DNA of 62,000 bases, counting the filler, from Choristocarpus tenellus KU-1152 (lineage: Eukaryota; Protista; Phaeophyceae): assembly GCA_964200185.2 (NCBI GenBank). It is 11 parts of 11 records of this genome, joined end to end, with 100 filler letters (N's around TTAATTAATTAA, not from the genome) between each part and the next. Parts side by side here need not be neighbours in the genome. Positions count along the whole stretch, not along the records: positions 48,481 to 55,262 come from CAXNAD020007364.1; positions 55,363 to 62,000 come from CAXNAD020007689.1; 9 more parts are not named here. One strand, 5' to 3'. The position numbers were made by a program, and so were the translations under genes. The notes under the pieces were generated by a model. That model had not been told where the DNA came from, ran no database searches, and was given only the letters and a program-made list of their open reading frames with translations. Shown here piece by piece: positions 50,103-62,000 of the stretch. The first letter of the stretch is position 1. Each line of letters begins with the position of its first letter.

Positions 50103-53100
50103 GTGATCTGCTCCATGTCCTTGTCTTTCATAATCCACTCACACCCTGCCCTCCACAACACACTCATATATATGTATATATATATATATATATTCGTTTC
50201 CACCTGTGGGCGGAGCCCTAGATGTCTGTAATGATTAGGCCTTCTATTCAAAAAGTTAAGGGGTCAAGTTCCTTTTTTTGTCAGTTATATGTATATATAT
50301 ATATATATATATATTTACCTGGGGGGACTCTGGTGTGCTCTATATAGGACTTCTGTTGTGGTTGTAGGGGCCTAGTCTTTGCAGGTTTGCATGGGACTCT
50401 AATAACTGTTTTGGGTATAGTTCTTGCACTTATTGGAGTCTATCTATCTACTGAGCTCAAGTTTCTGTTTTGTTTTTCATCTCCTATTGTGGTGATAGTT
50501 TGTAGAAACAGATCAGATTCTTATAGTCTCTTCGACACTTGTTGGAACCAAGCGTACTGTTTTTGTCCACAATAACATGGGCAGTCTGGGTACATCTTCC
50601 CACCATGGGATGAAAACAATATATGCTCTGTTGATGCCTCTTCTATTTCACTTTTTTTTTCTTTCTTCTTATCTACTCTGTTTCTTTTCCATTCACTCTA
50701 GAAAGAAACAGCAGTTGAAATGGAATAATTTATGGGATAGGGTTTTCACCTGCTTGATATGATACGATATGATACTCAAAGCATCAAGACACCAATACAA
50801 GATAATGACTAGTTCTTTGTTGTGGTTGATGCGAACCACTTTCATCAGGTTATTGCATCAGGGGGAGTTCACATTGACAGAACAAACTCAACCTGCCTTT
50901 GGATTGATGTAGGATCATAGGTTGTCCTTTATCCTCTTATTACACTACAACAGCAATGCTACATCAGCCATCTCACGCCCCCCCCCCCCAACAACAACAT
51001 CAACAACAACAACTGCAACTTATGCTGCAGACCCAGTCCTGATAGTCGCTATATGATTACTTCTGGGATACGGGGGAGTCTTAGGGAGGCAGAGGTCAGG
51101 GAAGCAGGGGTTCGCCTGGAAGAGCGTACAAGTGCACAATACAACAAGATAGTGTCCCGGGGAGAGGGGTAGCAAGGCTGCTGGTTTGTGGCTTTTGCCG
51201 GAAGGGACGGATGGCACTGATGGAGTGGGGTGGGCTCAGTGACGGTGTTCAGTTTTCCTGGGGCACTACAGGGTGTAGATGCCGTGTGTGATGCATTCAC
51301 TGCTTCTCTCACCATATTTTAGCAAGACCTGGAGGGATCAATCAGGGGCAAAATTGTGCCGTAGACCTGATGACACATGGTTGTTTATGTTTTTATTTTC
51401 TGTGATGGATAGTGTTTTCTGTTTTGCTTAGGGTCGATACCGGTGTTTAGTGGATGCACACTGTCTGTTGAGCCGTGATCTGTGGGTGGAGGTCTCATGC
51501 ATATCATACACATGATATGACTACAACTGTAATTTGTTTGTTTTTTTGCATCAGGCCTAGTGTGGCGGTCAGAGACCATGGAGTGGGATGGGGATGTGGC
51601 CTTTGATTCTGTCGAATGGATTTATGTACTGTTGTGGCAACCAGGAAGGAGATAGAGTAGTTTGTAGCCCATCCTGTGCCCACTATTTTAGTTTTGGCCA
51701 CAGGGCTGCCTCGGTGCTTTAGTTGCTTAAGAAGGGTAAAAGTAATATCAGAGGAGGGGCTGCATGGACTGGGTCAGGATCTGTCCCCTGCAAAGTGTCA
51801 GAATAGATTCCTACTGCATTGTTACGGGAACAGCTTTTCCTTGAGTCCTCAGGTGATAACCAGACCTGAGTAAGAAAGAGCCCACTAAATTTTGCCACGT
51901 CTTCACTCAAAGATACATATTGCAGATGAGAATGTTCTGAAGGTGTGAAGTAATGTGGTCCATGTCAATTGCAAATGTGAATTGTGCTGGGTACCATGCG
52001 TTCTTCCTCTGGATACAATGCTGTACCTTGCATGGATGGGGTCAGTTCTTGCTTCAGCACTCCACTCCATTTGAGTCCAAATGCAGTTTATCGTAACACA
52101 TAGGTTTTATGGCCTAACATTTGGTTCTTCGCACAATCTTGCTGATCTGTGTCCTTCTAACTTCGTGGTTTTATAAGGTTCATATCTCTACGTTGGGGTT
52201 GGGGTTTTCTATGTCTTGCTGTTCCAAGTCTATATTGTACACATACACCCTTTTGAACTGGATTAGGTGGATAAGACCAGGACAAGGAGCGGGAGATGGT
52301 ATTTTGATGTGACCCTCACCTTTCCTGCTGCTTCTAACGCCAGTGTTTGTGGCAGAGTTACATTCTACTAATAGTATTTTACACACAGATAAAGTTCGAT
52401 TATGCTGATCAACAGTTATTCTTCCCCCTATCTTAAACAGTGAAAGCAATTCCTTACCCTTGCAATGTGAACATCAACAGAGTTTCAAGGTTTAACTCAA
52501 AATGCTACACATGTATTTCTCCCCTCTGTGGCTGCAGTAGTCGTGTGCATAGGATAGGTGCTGTATATATCATAGTATCATGTGCAAAGGAAACCCATAC
52601 ACTGATGGTACCTGAGGATGCCCATTTCCTCTGATGGAAGTGACTGCTTTGAGTTGCAACCCTGAACCGTAATCATCACTGCTTAAAACTCAATTCAGGT
52701 TAATACTGACTGAATACTTTGAAGTTGTACGTAATGCGCAATGTATTCAGCCAGGGTACTACCCAGTATATATTTTTCAAGGCAATGGTATCTCTGCTGC
52801 AGCATACGGTACTGATCGTGTAGCCTGTCTACCTGTCTGTGCATTGTGTTGTATGATCAAATTGTCCAACTTGTGCTCAGGCTTTGAAAACAACTACCTT
52901 AGGATAGGGGAGAAAGAAATGGCGTCAGATTTTCAGGATGATATAGACAGTTTTTTCGCGGGTGGAGTGAGAAGTGTCCCTCCCTCTGATTGGTCGATGA
53001 GTTAATGCAACCCTCAGAATATGATATCAGAAATTATTAATCCTAACCACTTCGTACACTCAAGTTGGACAAAACGAAATCATAGTGGTGGGTATCGACT

Positions 53101-55142
53101 CGTATGCTGATGATGATCTGTTCATCCTCACATTACCCCAAAGAAAGTCTTCACTGTATTCAATCACCAATCTTGAACATTTTTTGTCAGTCTAATGCGT
53201 ATGTGGCACTACGACCAATTTTTGAGGCAACACCAACTAACTGCGATGCCCTTGGATACTTGTTCGGTACTAATGTAATGTTTCTTTCCCCTGACCAGAT
53301 AGGAAAGCTACACAAAATTTTGAGACCAAAAGCTCACCTCTTTGCATAAGAATTGACCCTCATCTCCTCCCCCGTTTTTCTTTTCATTCAGTGCTGCCTG
53401 GTGTGTAATCCTCTTAGCAGAAACTTCAAGAATGAGTTACAGCCACTTCGATGTAACTACTTCCATCCACCTACTGTACCAGTATTTTAAGTATACCTCA
53501 CGTGCCGATAACTCCTCCTACAGCCTTCTTGATCAATGGCTGGGTAGTACTACTACTTTCTGACTATGAGTAAATAGCGTTGATAGTGTTCGGTTCTATT
53601 TCTGTGCGACTGGGCGTGTCTAAGGAGATCGATGAAGCAAGATGGCTTTATTATTTACTTACTGTCACACACTTGATTGAACACTAGATGATCAGGGACC
53701 CTGTAACTGTGTAAACCTCATTATTCATCCATTCGTGTTTACTACATTGCGCATTGCAAGTGCTGATACAAGCAAGGATAAGACACTACATGATATATTA
53801 AATTTGGAAGAACGGAAGTATTATACCATACATCATACATGGTATGCTGAGTCAGATGTGTTACTAGCAATCATGAACAGGATAAATGGTGGCCAGGGAC
53901 GCGACCCCATATCCCACAGGAAGAGATAACACAGTGTGTACTGAATCAGCCCCTGTTATCCTGCCAACAATAAGCTTCTCAATACACTATCCCTCAACTA
54001 TGAAATGATATGGTAATGGTGACAAGTTCAGGGGAAGAAAAGCCTTGTTTATTGTTAGTCACAAGCAAGGAGGGAGATTTTCGAAGAGGAAGCAAAGATA
54101 GGTGCGGCCAGAGCATACAGCATACTTGGAAGCATAAAGTACTTCATGTGTTTTGTGTGTCTATGGATGGTAACTAATATAATGACTATCAACAGTTATA
54201 TATGGCTGTATGGTTCGTGCATCACACATGCACATTCCGTTTCCAGGAGGATGACCACCTCACCAACAGAACGTTTGACTGCCATGCGCAAGAAAAAAGA
54301 AGAAAAACAGAAGAAAAAAAGGATCATAGCTTGATCCCGCCACTCAATCTCCTTACCTCTTCTTGAAAGCGATCAGACGCCGGCCTTTATTCGAACGACG
54401 ACAATGTGGATGGTCAAGCACTACATGGGACAGACCTAGATCTAACCGCTGGGGTGAATTGGTGCCATTTGTGAACAAGAATATAAAACTATACTTCGTA
54501 ATTGAAGTGTAGTTAATTGCTACTGCACACATTACATCTTCAAATCAAGTGTAAAAAAAATACCTCAGAAGTGGGAAATTATCAGGGTTTCAGAGAGAGA
54601 GAGAGAGAGAGACTTTCTTTCTGTACACTGTCCCACTTATTGCCCCCCCTGCAAAAAAGAAATATCAAGGATGTTGTCAATGGGTAGAGAGGGAAGCTAC
54701 AGGAACAATAGGTCACGAATCATGCCCGACTGCTCGCGTTTCATTCCTGAACGGCGCAACTCGTCCTGGAATTCTGGACCAGTTGCATCAGCCATTTGCC
54801 GCCCATTCTCACTTGCCCAGCAATCATCTTTGATCCTCCTCCTTGAAAAGCCCTTACAGAAAAAATAATAGTCAGGTATATATATCGAGGTTTCAAAAAG
54901 AGTTAGGAAAGCTACATATATGTACGTGTTCATACATAGTAGCACAGGGAATATTGTTAATTCACAAGACGGGCTTTCCAAGAAATGTGACAACAATAGA
55001 TCCCTTCCAATATATATATATATATATATTCTCCACAGACAGCATCAATGTAGGGTTGGGTACAGGATGATTATGATGTGGATAGAATTAATGTTGTACT
55101 CCTCTATCCCATAAGTCTGTATTGTTATGGATTTTTGTAAAT

Positions 55143-55262
55143 GAGCCGAAGTATCTTAGAGGGTAGAGCCGCGTCTATTTGGGGGCCAAAGTCCAATGTT
55201 GCAATTTTGATGTTATTTTGGCTATTGTGTGTGTTAGGAAGTGTCAATATCGATGTTCTGGA
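55143..55262 (+). mobile_element. MITE family A copy, truncated by contig end
   Basis: GAGCCGAAGTATCTTAGAGGGTAGAGCCGCGTCTATTTGGGGGCC... Confidence 0.85.
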
Positions 55263-55611
55263 NNNNNNNNNNNNNNNNNNNNNNNNNNNNNNNNNNNNNN
55301 NNNNNNTTAATTAATTAANNNNNNNNNNNNNNNNNNNNNNNNNNNNNNNNNNNNNNNNNNNNGTATTATTATTGTAATACTCATAAATATTGATTAGAGT
55401 GCTATTTTGTGGTTTGTAAGAGCGGTGGTAGTGAGGGATTATTAAAGGGTCGCATCCACCAAAAATATATACTTGCCAGGCCCACAAAGGAGAATAAACA
55501 CATGTTTCACTTTGGATGTAATATGTACATGCAAAATATGTGCTTCGAACAATCTTTGGCGTTAATGACTGTTATTGCTGTCGTGTAGTTTTGGCACGCT
55601 TATTAATAATA

Positions 55612-55755
55612 GGAAGAAGAAGAAGCAAAAGAAGAAGAAGAAAGAAGAAGAAGAAGAAGAAAAAGAAGAAGAAAGAGAAGGAAAAGAAGAAAGAGAAGAA
55701 GAAAAAGAAGAAAAAGAAGAAAAAGAAGAAAAAGAAGAAAAAGAAGAAGAAGAAG
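55612..55755. repeat. Purine-rich (GAA/AAA)n microsatellite
   Basis: Direct inspection; this explains the poly-K/E/F/S ORFs here. Confidence 0.9.
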
Positions 55756-58700
55756 TTAGCGTATGAACGTTTTTTTTTATCTTTTTCATGATCTATGAGA
55801 CCACCCTTCAGGATCCCACCGATCATTTCATAGAAGTTGCAGAATAAGATTTCCAACGCGAAATTAACTCACAGAATGAATACCGATTTTCTAGAAGTTG
55901 CAGAATAAGATTTGTGATTTGAGTGTGTATACAATAGTTTGCAAATGTCTTTCAACCTGTAGATTATAGAAATCGATGTATGATACTAATATAAGAGTGT
56001 CTCGGCGCAACCATACGAGGGACTCCTTAAATTATTCCGATAAGCAAAGTATTGGCTGACACCAGATGTGGTTATCGACTGTGAAAAGTACCCCCTGCCC
56101 AGACGTACGTTGGACTCCTTTGACTGTTGGAGTATCCTAGAAGGCTTGTACGGACACTAGCATCGTTTTATAGGTCTTTAGATTTGAGCTATGTATCCTG
56201 TGGAGGTAAACTTCTGGAGCGTGCTGTAACAGACTGTCCATTTGGGGCCCATTTTTCCATGTCGCGATTTTTGTGTGATTTGGTTGCATGCGTCGGATGG
56301 ATAACGTAAGTTCACTTCTCCTTGTCAGGGTCTGAATGGACACTCTGGTATAGATCCCCCTCCTGTTCGATTAGACCCTTCCAACTCTATCGGACAGTTA
56401 TTGTAAACTGTATATGGCTTAAGAGAACAATCATTAGTGATTAGCTATATGAGAACATTTCTCATATAAAAGGAAATATTTATGTTTTATAGGGTGCTGC
56501 CCTACTTAGCATTAATCAATCACTCTACAGACATCAAGTAATCTCGCTGGGTTTATCACCTTTATTCTCTTGGATGATTTGGGCGATACTTTAGCACTTC
56601 CCCCCCAGATACTTTGAGCCAGTCGTATCCATTGAGAATGAGTGGAAATATGTTAGTATCAACATCTACTTTAAACAGTGTCCCCCTGCTGCTATTTCTG
56701 ATCTTGGAACAGTGACAGTAGAAATAATGCAATATGTGCATGTAGGAGGGGTGATTGCTGTCAAGACAGTCTCCTTCCTTCATTCATGTGTCATCGATTA
56801 GAGGTGGAAATTGAAACAAGCTCACATGTAATTGGGATACTACGCAACAGGGAGTACATGATTTCTGGTAGGGTAAATATACACCTGTCGACAATATTGG
56901 ATGGAAGAAACTGAAAATGTGGACGAAATACTTTGATGTGCTCATGAAGGAGAGGGTGCAGGCAGAATGGTAGAGCAGGTACAAAATGAGGAGTGATGGG
57001 ATTTCGTTCTTACTGTCTACATCAACCTTGTTACCAAACAACACCCACAATTGGTGACAGGCTACTGGGTGCACTTCACGCCCGAAATGACTGGGACATT
57101 TCTTTGCTCATCTGTGGGGCTAAGGCCTCGGAGACCCATGATCTCTGGTCACTGCAGGAATCCGAGCTAAGAGTTTATCTGCCACTGAGTTGTGTCTAGC
57201 TTCAGTCGGGTAGTGGTTATGCCACCATGGGTTTGCACTTATCTCTACCCTACTGAACATCAAATATCATGGACTCAGGGATAAGCATCTCCAAAAGTTA
57301 ACTTGTGAACACCCTCTCCTCACCATTCACTCCTACTACCATCAGCTGCTGCTTGACTTATACAAAGACGAGATCCAGCACGCCCATGTGTTTCATCTCT
57401 TGCTTGCAGTCAGCGTCCTAACACAGGATTTCACACTTCGAAGGAAGGTGCTATCCTATCCCTTGCATCAAACATCCTCATGTCTAGATCTAGCGATTTT
57501 TTTCTTCAGTCTCCACTACTACCTCACACGCATCACTATCAGCAGTTGACTCAAAACGCTCAACCAGGAACTCCATTGGTATTGACGTTGATGTTGCCCT
57601 CCCAAAGTTCATGCTCATTTTCCTTTATCATGATCTGGCAGAAGGAGCCGGTCTGAAGTTTGCAGTTGTAGTGGTGAAGTCTCCCATATATCTGGTAGTA
57701 GCCATGGTGTATGGAAGTGTTTGGAACAACAGTGCATAATAACCTATCAGGCCAGGGGATTAAAGCAGATTAGCAGGCATTGCAATCAATGTTTGAGGGG
57801 ATGTGCAGATTCTGAGTACATAGATCCCGTCGTCCCTCCAGATGGCAATGTCACATTGTTAAAGTGAGATAAAAACTTAAAAAAATCTTCCCATTATTTG
57901 CCTTCCAATTGACCCAGAACCTCAATCAACAATGAAGAGGATGACAAATACATACATACATACATACATACATGTAACATGGTAAGACCAACTATCAACC
58001 TTTCTTGCCTTTCCCCTTTGCTGACCACGTGTTCATCTGGGTATTTACCTCTCACCACAAGCATGCGGATTACTGCTGTTACTTGCCTGATGATGCCACT
58101 GGGCCGCGAATCACGGGCGGGTGTAAGTCAGGGTATGACAACAGTCCGCCTTTCAATCACCAAGGATAGAACATGTAGGTCAATATACCACGAGCAGTGT
58201 ATGGTGAATATAAACCTAGAATTAGACAAAGGAATTGCTACATGTATGTATACCTGTGATCACAATAGTATGTAACAATATGGTAGAAACTATCTATGCA
58301 TGGCAACGATGATGGTTCATAATTCCACGAAAAAAATCACGATTGCCTCCCACTCCCCTTCTATCCTTCCCATTACTCAAAACATGGACCAAGAACAAAT
58401 TTTTGATATAACTTTCTTTCCGTCGAGGTGCGATTACTATGATTATTCTATGCACACTACCCTATAACTCTATGTAGAGGTCAAACGCTGTTTTTACACT
58501 ATTATTGAGGGGATTGCGATTTCGAAACTTACCAACAAAAAACAGTAGTGGTAAGTACCCAACTAAACATAGTATTTCAGGGGCAATGGTCTGGTTTTGC
58601 TCGAAGCATATGTGGGTATTATATTTTTTAGTAATATAAGAAAAATGTTCAAGGTTGTGGTCATCTCTGGGGCCATCGCATCACGAACTTTACCCTCGCC

Positions 58701-59639
58701 TTTTACTAGGATAAACCGTGGGTTGGCCCCTGAAGGAGTTTCGCTTGATTTTTGTCCCCACTTGTGGGGTAACCCGAACACATAAATGTAATATCAGTTA
58801 CGCCACCAAAAGGAAACATATCATACAACAAATAAATATCCACCGCCACGCCAAGTATGTCAATATTCTTCTTGGTACGTATCTGATTCGCATGTAGGAC
58901 CACCTGGTTTGGATCGTACATTGTGTCAGAGAGGCATTGCCCATCCCCAAGCGCCACGAAGTGTTGAAGTATCTATCCTGTGCTTGCATCTGTAGCAGAT
59001 TTTGTAATAGCTAAGGAGTAGTGGGCAGAGTTCAATGAGGAATAACCAAGAAAATCTTCAAGCTCATAGTAGAAAGTAGTAATTTATTTGCACTCACTAT
59101 GAACAACAAGCAATGGTACCAATACACTACAGGAACGGCATACCTCCTTCAGGGAGAAAAATGCCACCCATGCCTGTGCATCTATCATGATTGCAACACG
59201 CTTGAAGCTCTGGAACGGGTTCAACTGGCAACGAACAAACCGGAAGTTTAAACCCTCATTTCCCCTTTGTTGAAAGGGAACGCAGCATGGTTAGAGCAGG
59301 GCTCAGGCGGTGTGCAACAAGGATGTCAACTAACTTTGTCATGTACATCTACATACACTTACACACCAAACTTTCACTTGTTGGTTCCCACTTGTTAGTG
59401 GTAGGCGAACGATCAGGCTTGCCTCCACCTTCCCAATGCTTTCAGAGTTGTCGCCAACCACCACCCTGGCAAACACGGGCATCTTCCGCCATGTTGAGAT
59501 GCTTCACAGGCAACAACTCTGTCCCAAGAACTACACTCAGGTGTGTGGGTGGAACACGCACTGAATATGAGTTAAAGTTGGAGCTGGGTGTTAAGTTTGT
59601 TTGTGTGAGCCCTTCACGACAGATACTCTGATTCATCAT

Positions 59640-61950
59640 GCCAAAATACCATAAACGTACTTGAAACCGTCACCCTGTAGTGTGGTGCATGCCCTGTACG
59701 AACACAAACAACGTAACCAGAACACACGTTACAGCAACATCCTTCTCTTCCTTGGACATCAATGTCCTTCGTTCTAATGGAGCTAGTGGCATTATGTACA
59801 ATTTTGCGTGCACCATCGTTTTGTCCTCAAAAATGTCGATGCAATGCCCAAGTAAGTGTGGGTGAACAAGCCAGAGGCAGTTCGTAACAAAAGCAACGCT
59901 TGTGCCACACTGCTAATAGTTATGTACTCGCTCGCTGTTGGAGACAGATCTACAACCTTTCGGACCATTGAGATCCAAGATGATTTTTCTACTAGGCACT
60001 GATCTGAGGTAATCGCAGTCCTCAGCATAGGGTATCATCTTCATATAGACTAACTCACACACACCCAGTATCAAGATCACCAAAACCATTAAAAGACTTA
60101 GACACACATTTGAGAAAACAAAATACAATTCAATGCATGCCAGTGTGCAGCCTTGGAGACTGCTACTGTATGTAACTACCTCACGAACTGGCTTGGCAAT
60201 ATCTGTCCTAGTTATGACACTGCCCACATCAAGTAACCAACAGCCTTTCTTTATGGATAACGTGATCACTAACACATAGATGATCATCATTCTTGCCCCT
60301 AACTTTGAGGTTCTCGAGATATCATTGGGCACGGCACTTTCCTTTGCCCCATCCACACCAAATCTATGACAAATGCTTTTAAATGCACTCAGTGTGACTG
60401 ATGCTAACTGTCTTTCCTATTCTGTGAAGTGAAATCACACAATCCGCATATTACTCCAGATCACCAAATCATTTCTAGAAACCGGTTCTCAATCCTGGAG
60501 TGAACTCAAAAGAAAATATCAGGCAATCCTACGACCATAACATCATCAACGTGGGCTCTTCTTGCGATAGACCACGCCATATTTCTACATATACGGCAAA
60601 CCATCAGGATTTGGCGAAACTTGCACAAACAAATGGTTGAACTCTCTGCTGGCCTGCTTAGTTCCACACAGTATTATCACTCTTCCTATAATCCTTCCCG
60701 ACCACAGATCGCATCCACAACATAAGCGAACAAATAGTCCATTATTTCTCCTTGGATAAAAGTCTGCTTCACATCCCAACACATCAACTCCCAATCCTTG
60801 CCTGCAGTTAGTGCCCAAGCCATTAACAAAGACACAGGCAATGGTATCAGAGCAAAGGTTACCTTGGTAATCTTAACCATCAATCTAAAGGGAATATTTT
60901 GCTATCAAATGCACCTTGTATCGCACCGGCTCACCAAATCTATTGGACTTGCGCTTGTTAATCCATTTTGGTGTCAACTGCCCTACGTCCAGGAAGGGTT
61001 AAAATGGCCTTCACCCAACCACCATTTAACAACAAAACAGACATCTCTTCTGCTCTAGCTCGATCCTACAAATCACATCCAGAAAACTGCATCCTGCTAT
61101 TGAAGTCTTGGGTTCTGCAGGGAGCTCATCCAATAACACTCTAACAGACTTATCACTCGCACACACAACAAAAAACACTTGAAACAAATGCGGAACTCTG
61201 TAAAGTAAAACAGATAACCCTAGGGAGCTTGCACAGCCACCAGGTCTGGTGGAGTGTTGCAGAGAGTTCATGTCCCGTATTGAGTAAACAGGACTTCCTT
61301 TTGCTTCTTCTTTAAACATTTATTGCCTGACGTCCTCTCCATTTCCTGGGATCTCACACCAATCCGTGAAAAAACATTTCCCATCATAACCTTGTACCTC
61401 CATCCAACGCAGGAGATAGCAAACACAAGTTCCTCTTTCCCCCCTATCAGTCCAGGAGATACCACCCTCGACACTCCCTAGGCTCTGCAATGAGATTGGA
61501 CCTGCCCTTCTAGAGCTTCGGCGGATGCGAGTGGGAAGTCTGCAAGTAGGAGTTGGCCCATCCTCGACAAGGGGTAAATACATATTTGGTTGTGACCCCA
61601 TTAGACGAACAGGCAGAGCGAGAGTGATAGAAGCTGACTTCACTCTATATAGTCCCTGGATCCAAATATATATCTCCAATCCAAACACTCCCATCTGTTT
61701 ATTGTCGATCACAGCACCCAGTGAAAACCCTAATCTCTTTGTTCCTCTGCTCCTGTTCCTGGGCTACTTCACTGCCCTAAGTCAAAGTCTTCCACCTCTT
61801 AGACGGGCTCACTCTCCTCTGGCGATATCCTTGTCCCCAATCCCCACATTGAAAGAATCTCCCTTCAAAAGTGCACGTGCGGCCATGCCTATGCAGTCCA
61901 CACTGATTGCATTTGATGTATAACATAGGTTACTCATCTTTTGTTTTCTT
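59640..61950 (-). mobile_element. Degenerate Ty1/Copia LTR-retrotransposon (possible gag knuckle remnant, RT, RNase H)
   Basis: PKWINKRKSNRFGEPVRYKVHLIAK...GKDYQGTFA...ALTAGKDWELMCWDVKQTFIQGEI is Copia RT-like. SSWISMVRKVVDLSPTASEYITIS...IFED corresponds to the ISWxSKKQxxVALSTxEAEY...IFEDN RNase H motif. Many stops and frameshifts; boundaries approximate. Confidence 0.8.
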
Positions 61951-62000
61951 CATACGATACAGGCTCGAATTATCTGGGGGGGGTTGCGATTGTCCATTTG

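Noticed and set aside
55540-55856. Poly-Lys/Glu/Phe/Ser ORFs
   Set aside because: Translations of a GAA-type microsatellite. The same applies to ORFs over (GT)n, (AAT)n, (GTT)n and (CTG)n tracts near 530-565, 1035-1056, 15310-15355, 44620-44660 and 45017-45041.
56780-59300. Protein-like fragments as intact genes
   Set aside because: All frames are broken by stops and I found no identifiable motif. Probably decayed TE or pseudogene sequence, but not supportable as a call.

Overview
Eukaryotic, intron-rich nuclear DNA. The gene models and repeats suggest a stramenopile, probably a brown alga or close relative; this is an inference, not a certain assignment. The window is not one continuous locus. 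It is 11 short contigs joined by ten artificial 100-nt spacers (N44-TTAATTAATTAA-N44, stops in all six frames), so adjacency across a spacer means nothing. Contig 1 (1-15415) is gene-dense. It holds the 3' exons of a cystinosin (+), a complete 5-exon JMJD7-type JmjC hydroxylase (-), a complete 3-exon bacterial-type (SCO6650/PTPS-IV-like) 6-pyruvoyl-tetrahydropterin-synthase-family gene with an N-terminal signal peptide (+, head-to-head with JMJD7, 185 bp apart), and a 9-exon DIX-like + auxilin J-domain gene (-). Later contigs carry partial prefoldin-2, EF-hand-protein, fimbrin/plastin and DUF1279-like genes, a tRNA-Asp(GUC), decayed Ty3/Gypsy (chromodomain), Ty1/Copia and probable mariner-like remnants, and several MITE-like repeat families, two of which share termini. 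The best novelty candidates are the intron-containing, signal-peptide-bearing bacterial PTPS-IV homolog paired with JMJD7, and the DIX-auxilin fusion. All exon models were read by hand and family calls are from motif recall; no database search was run.
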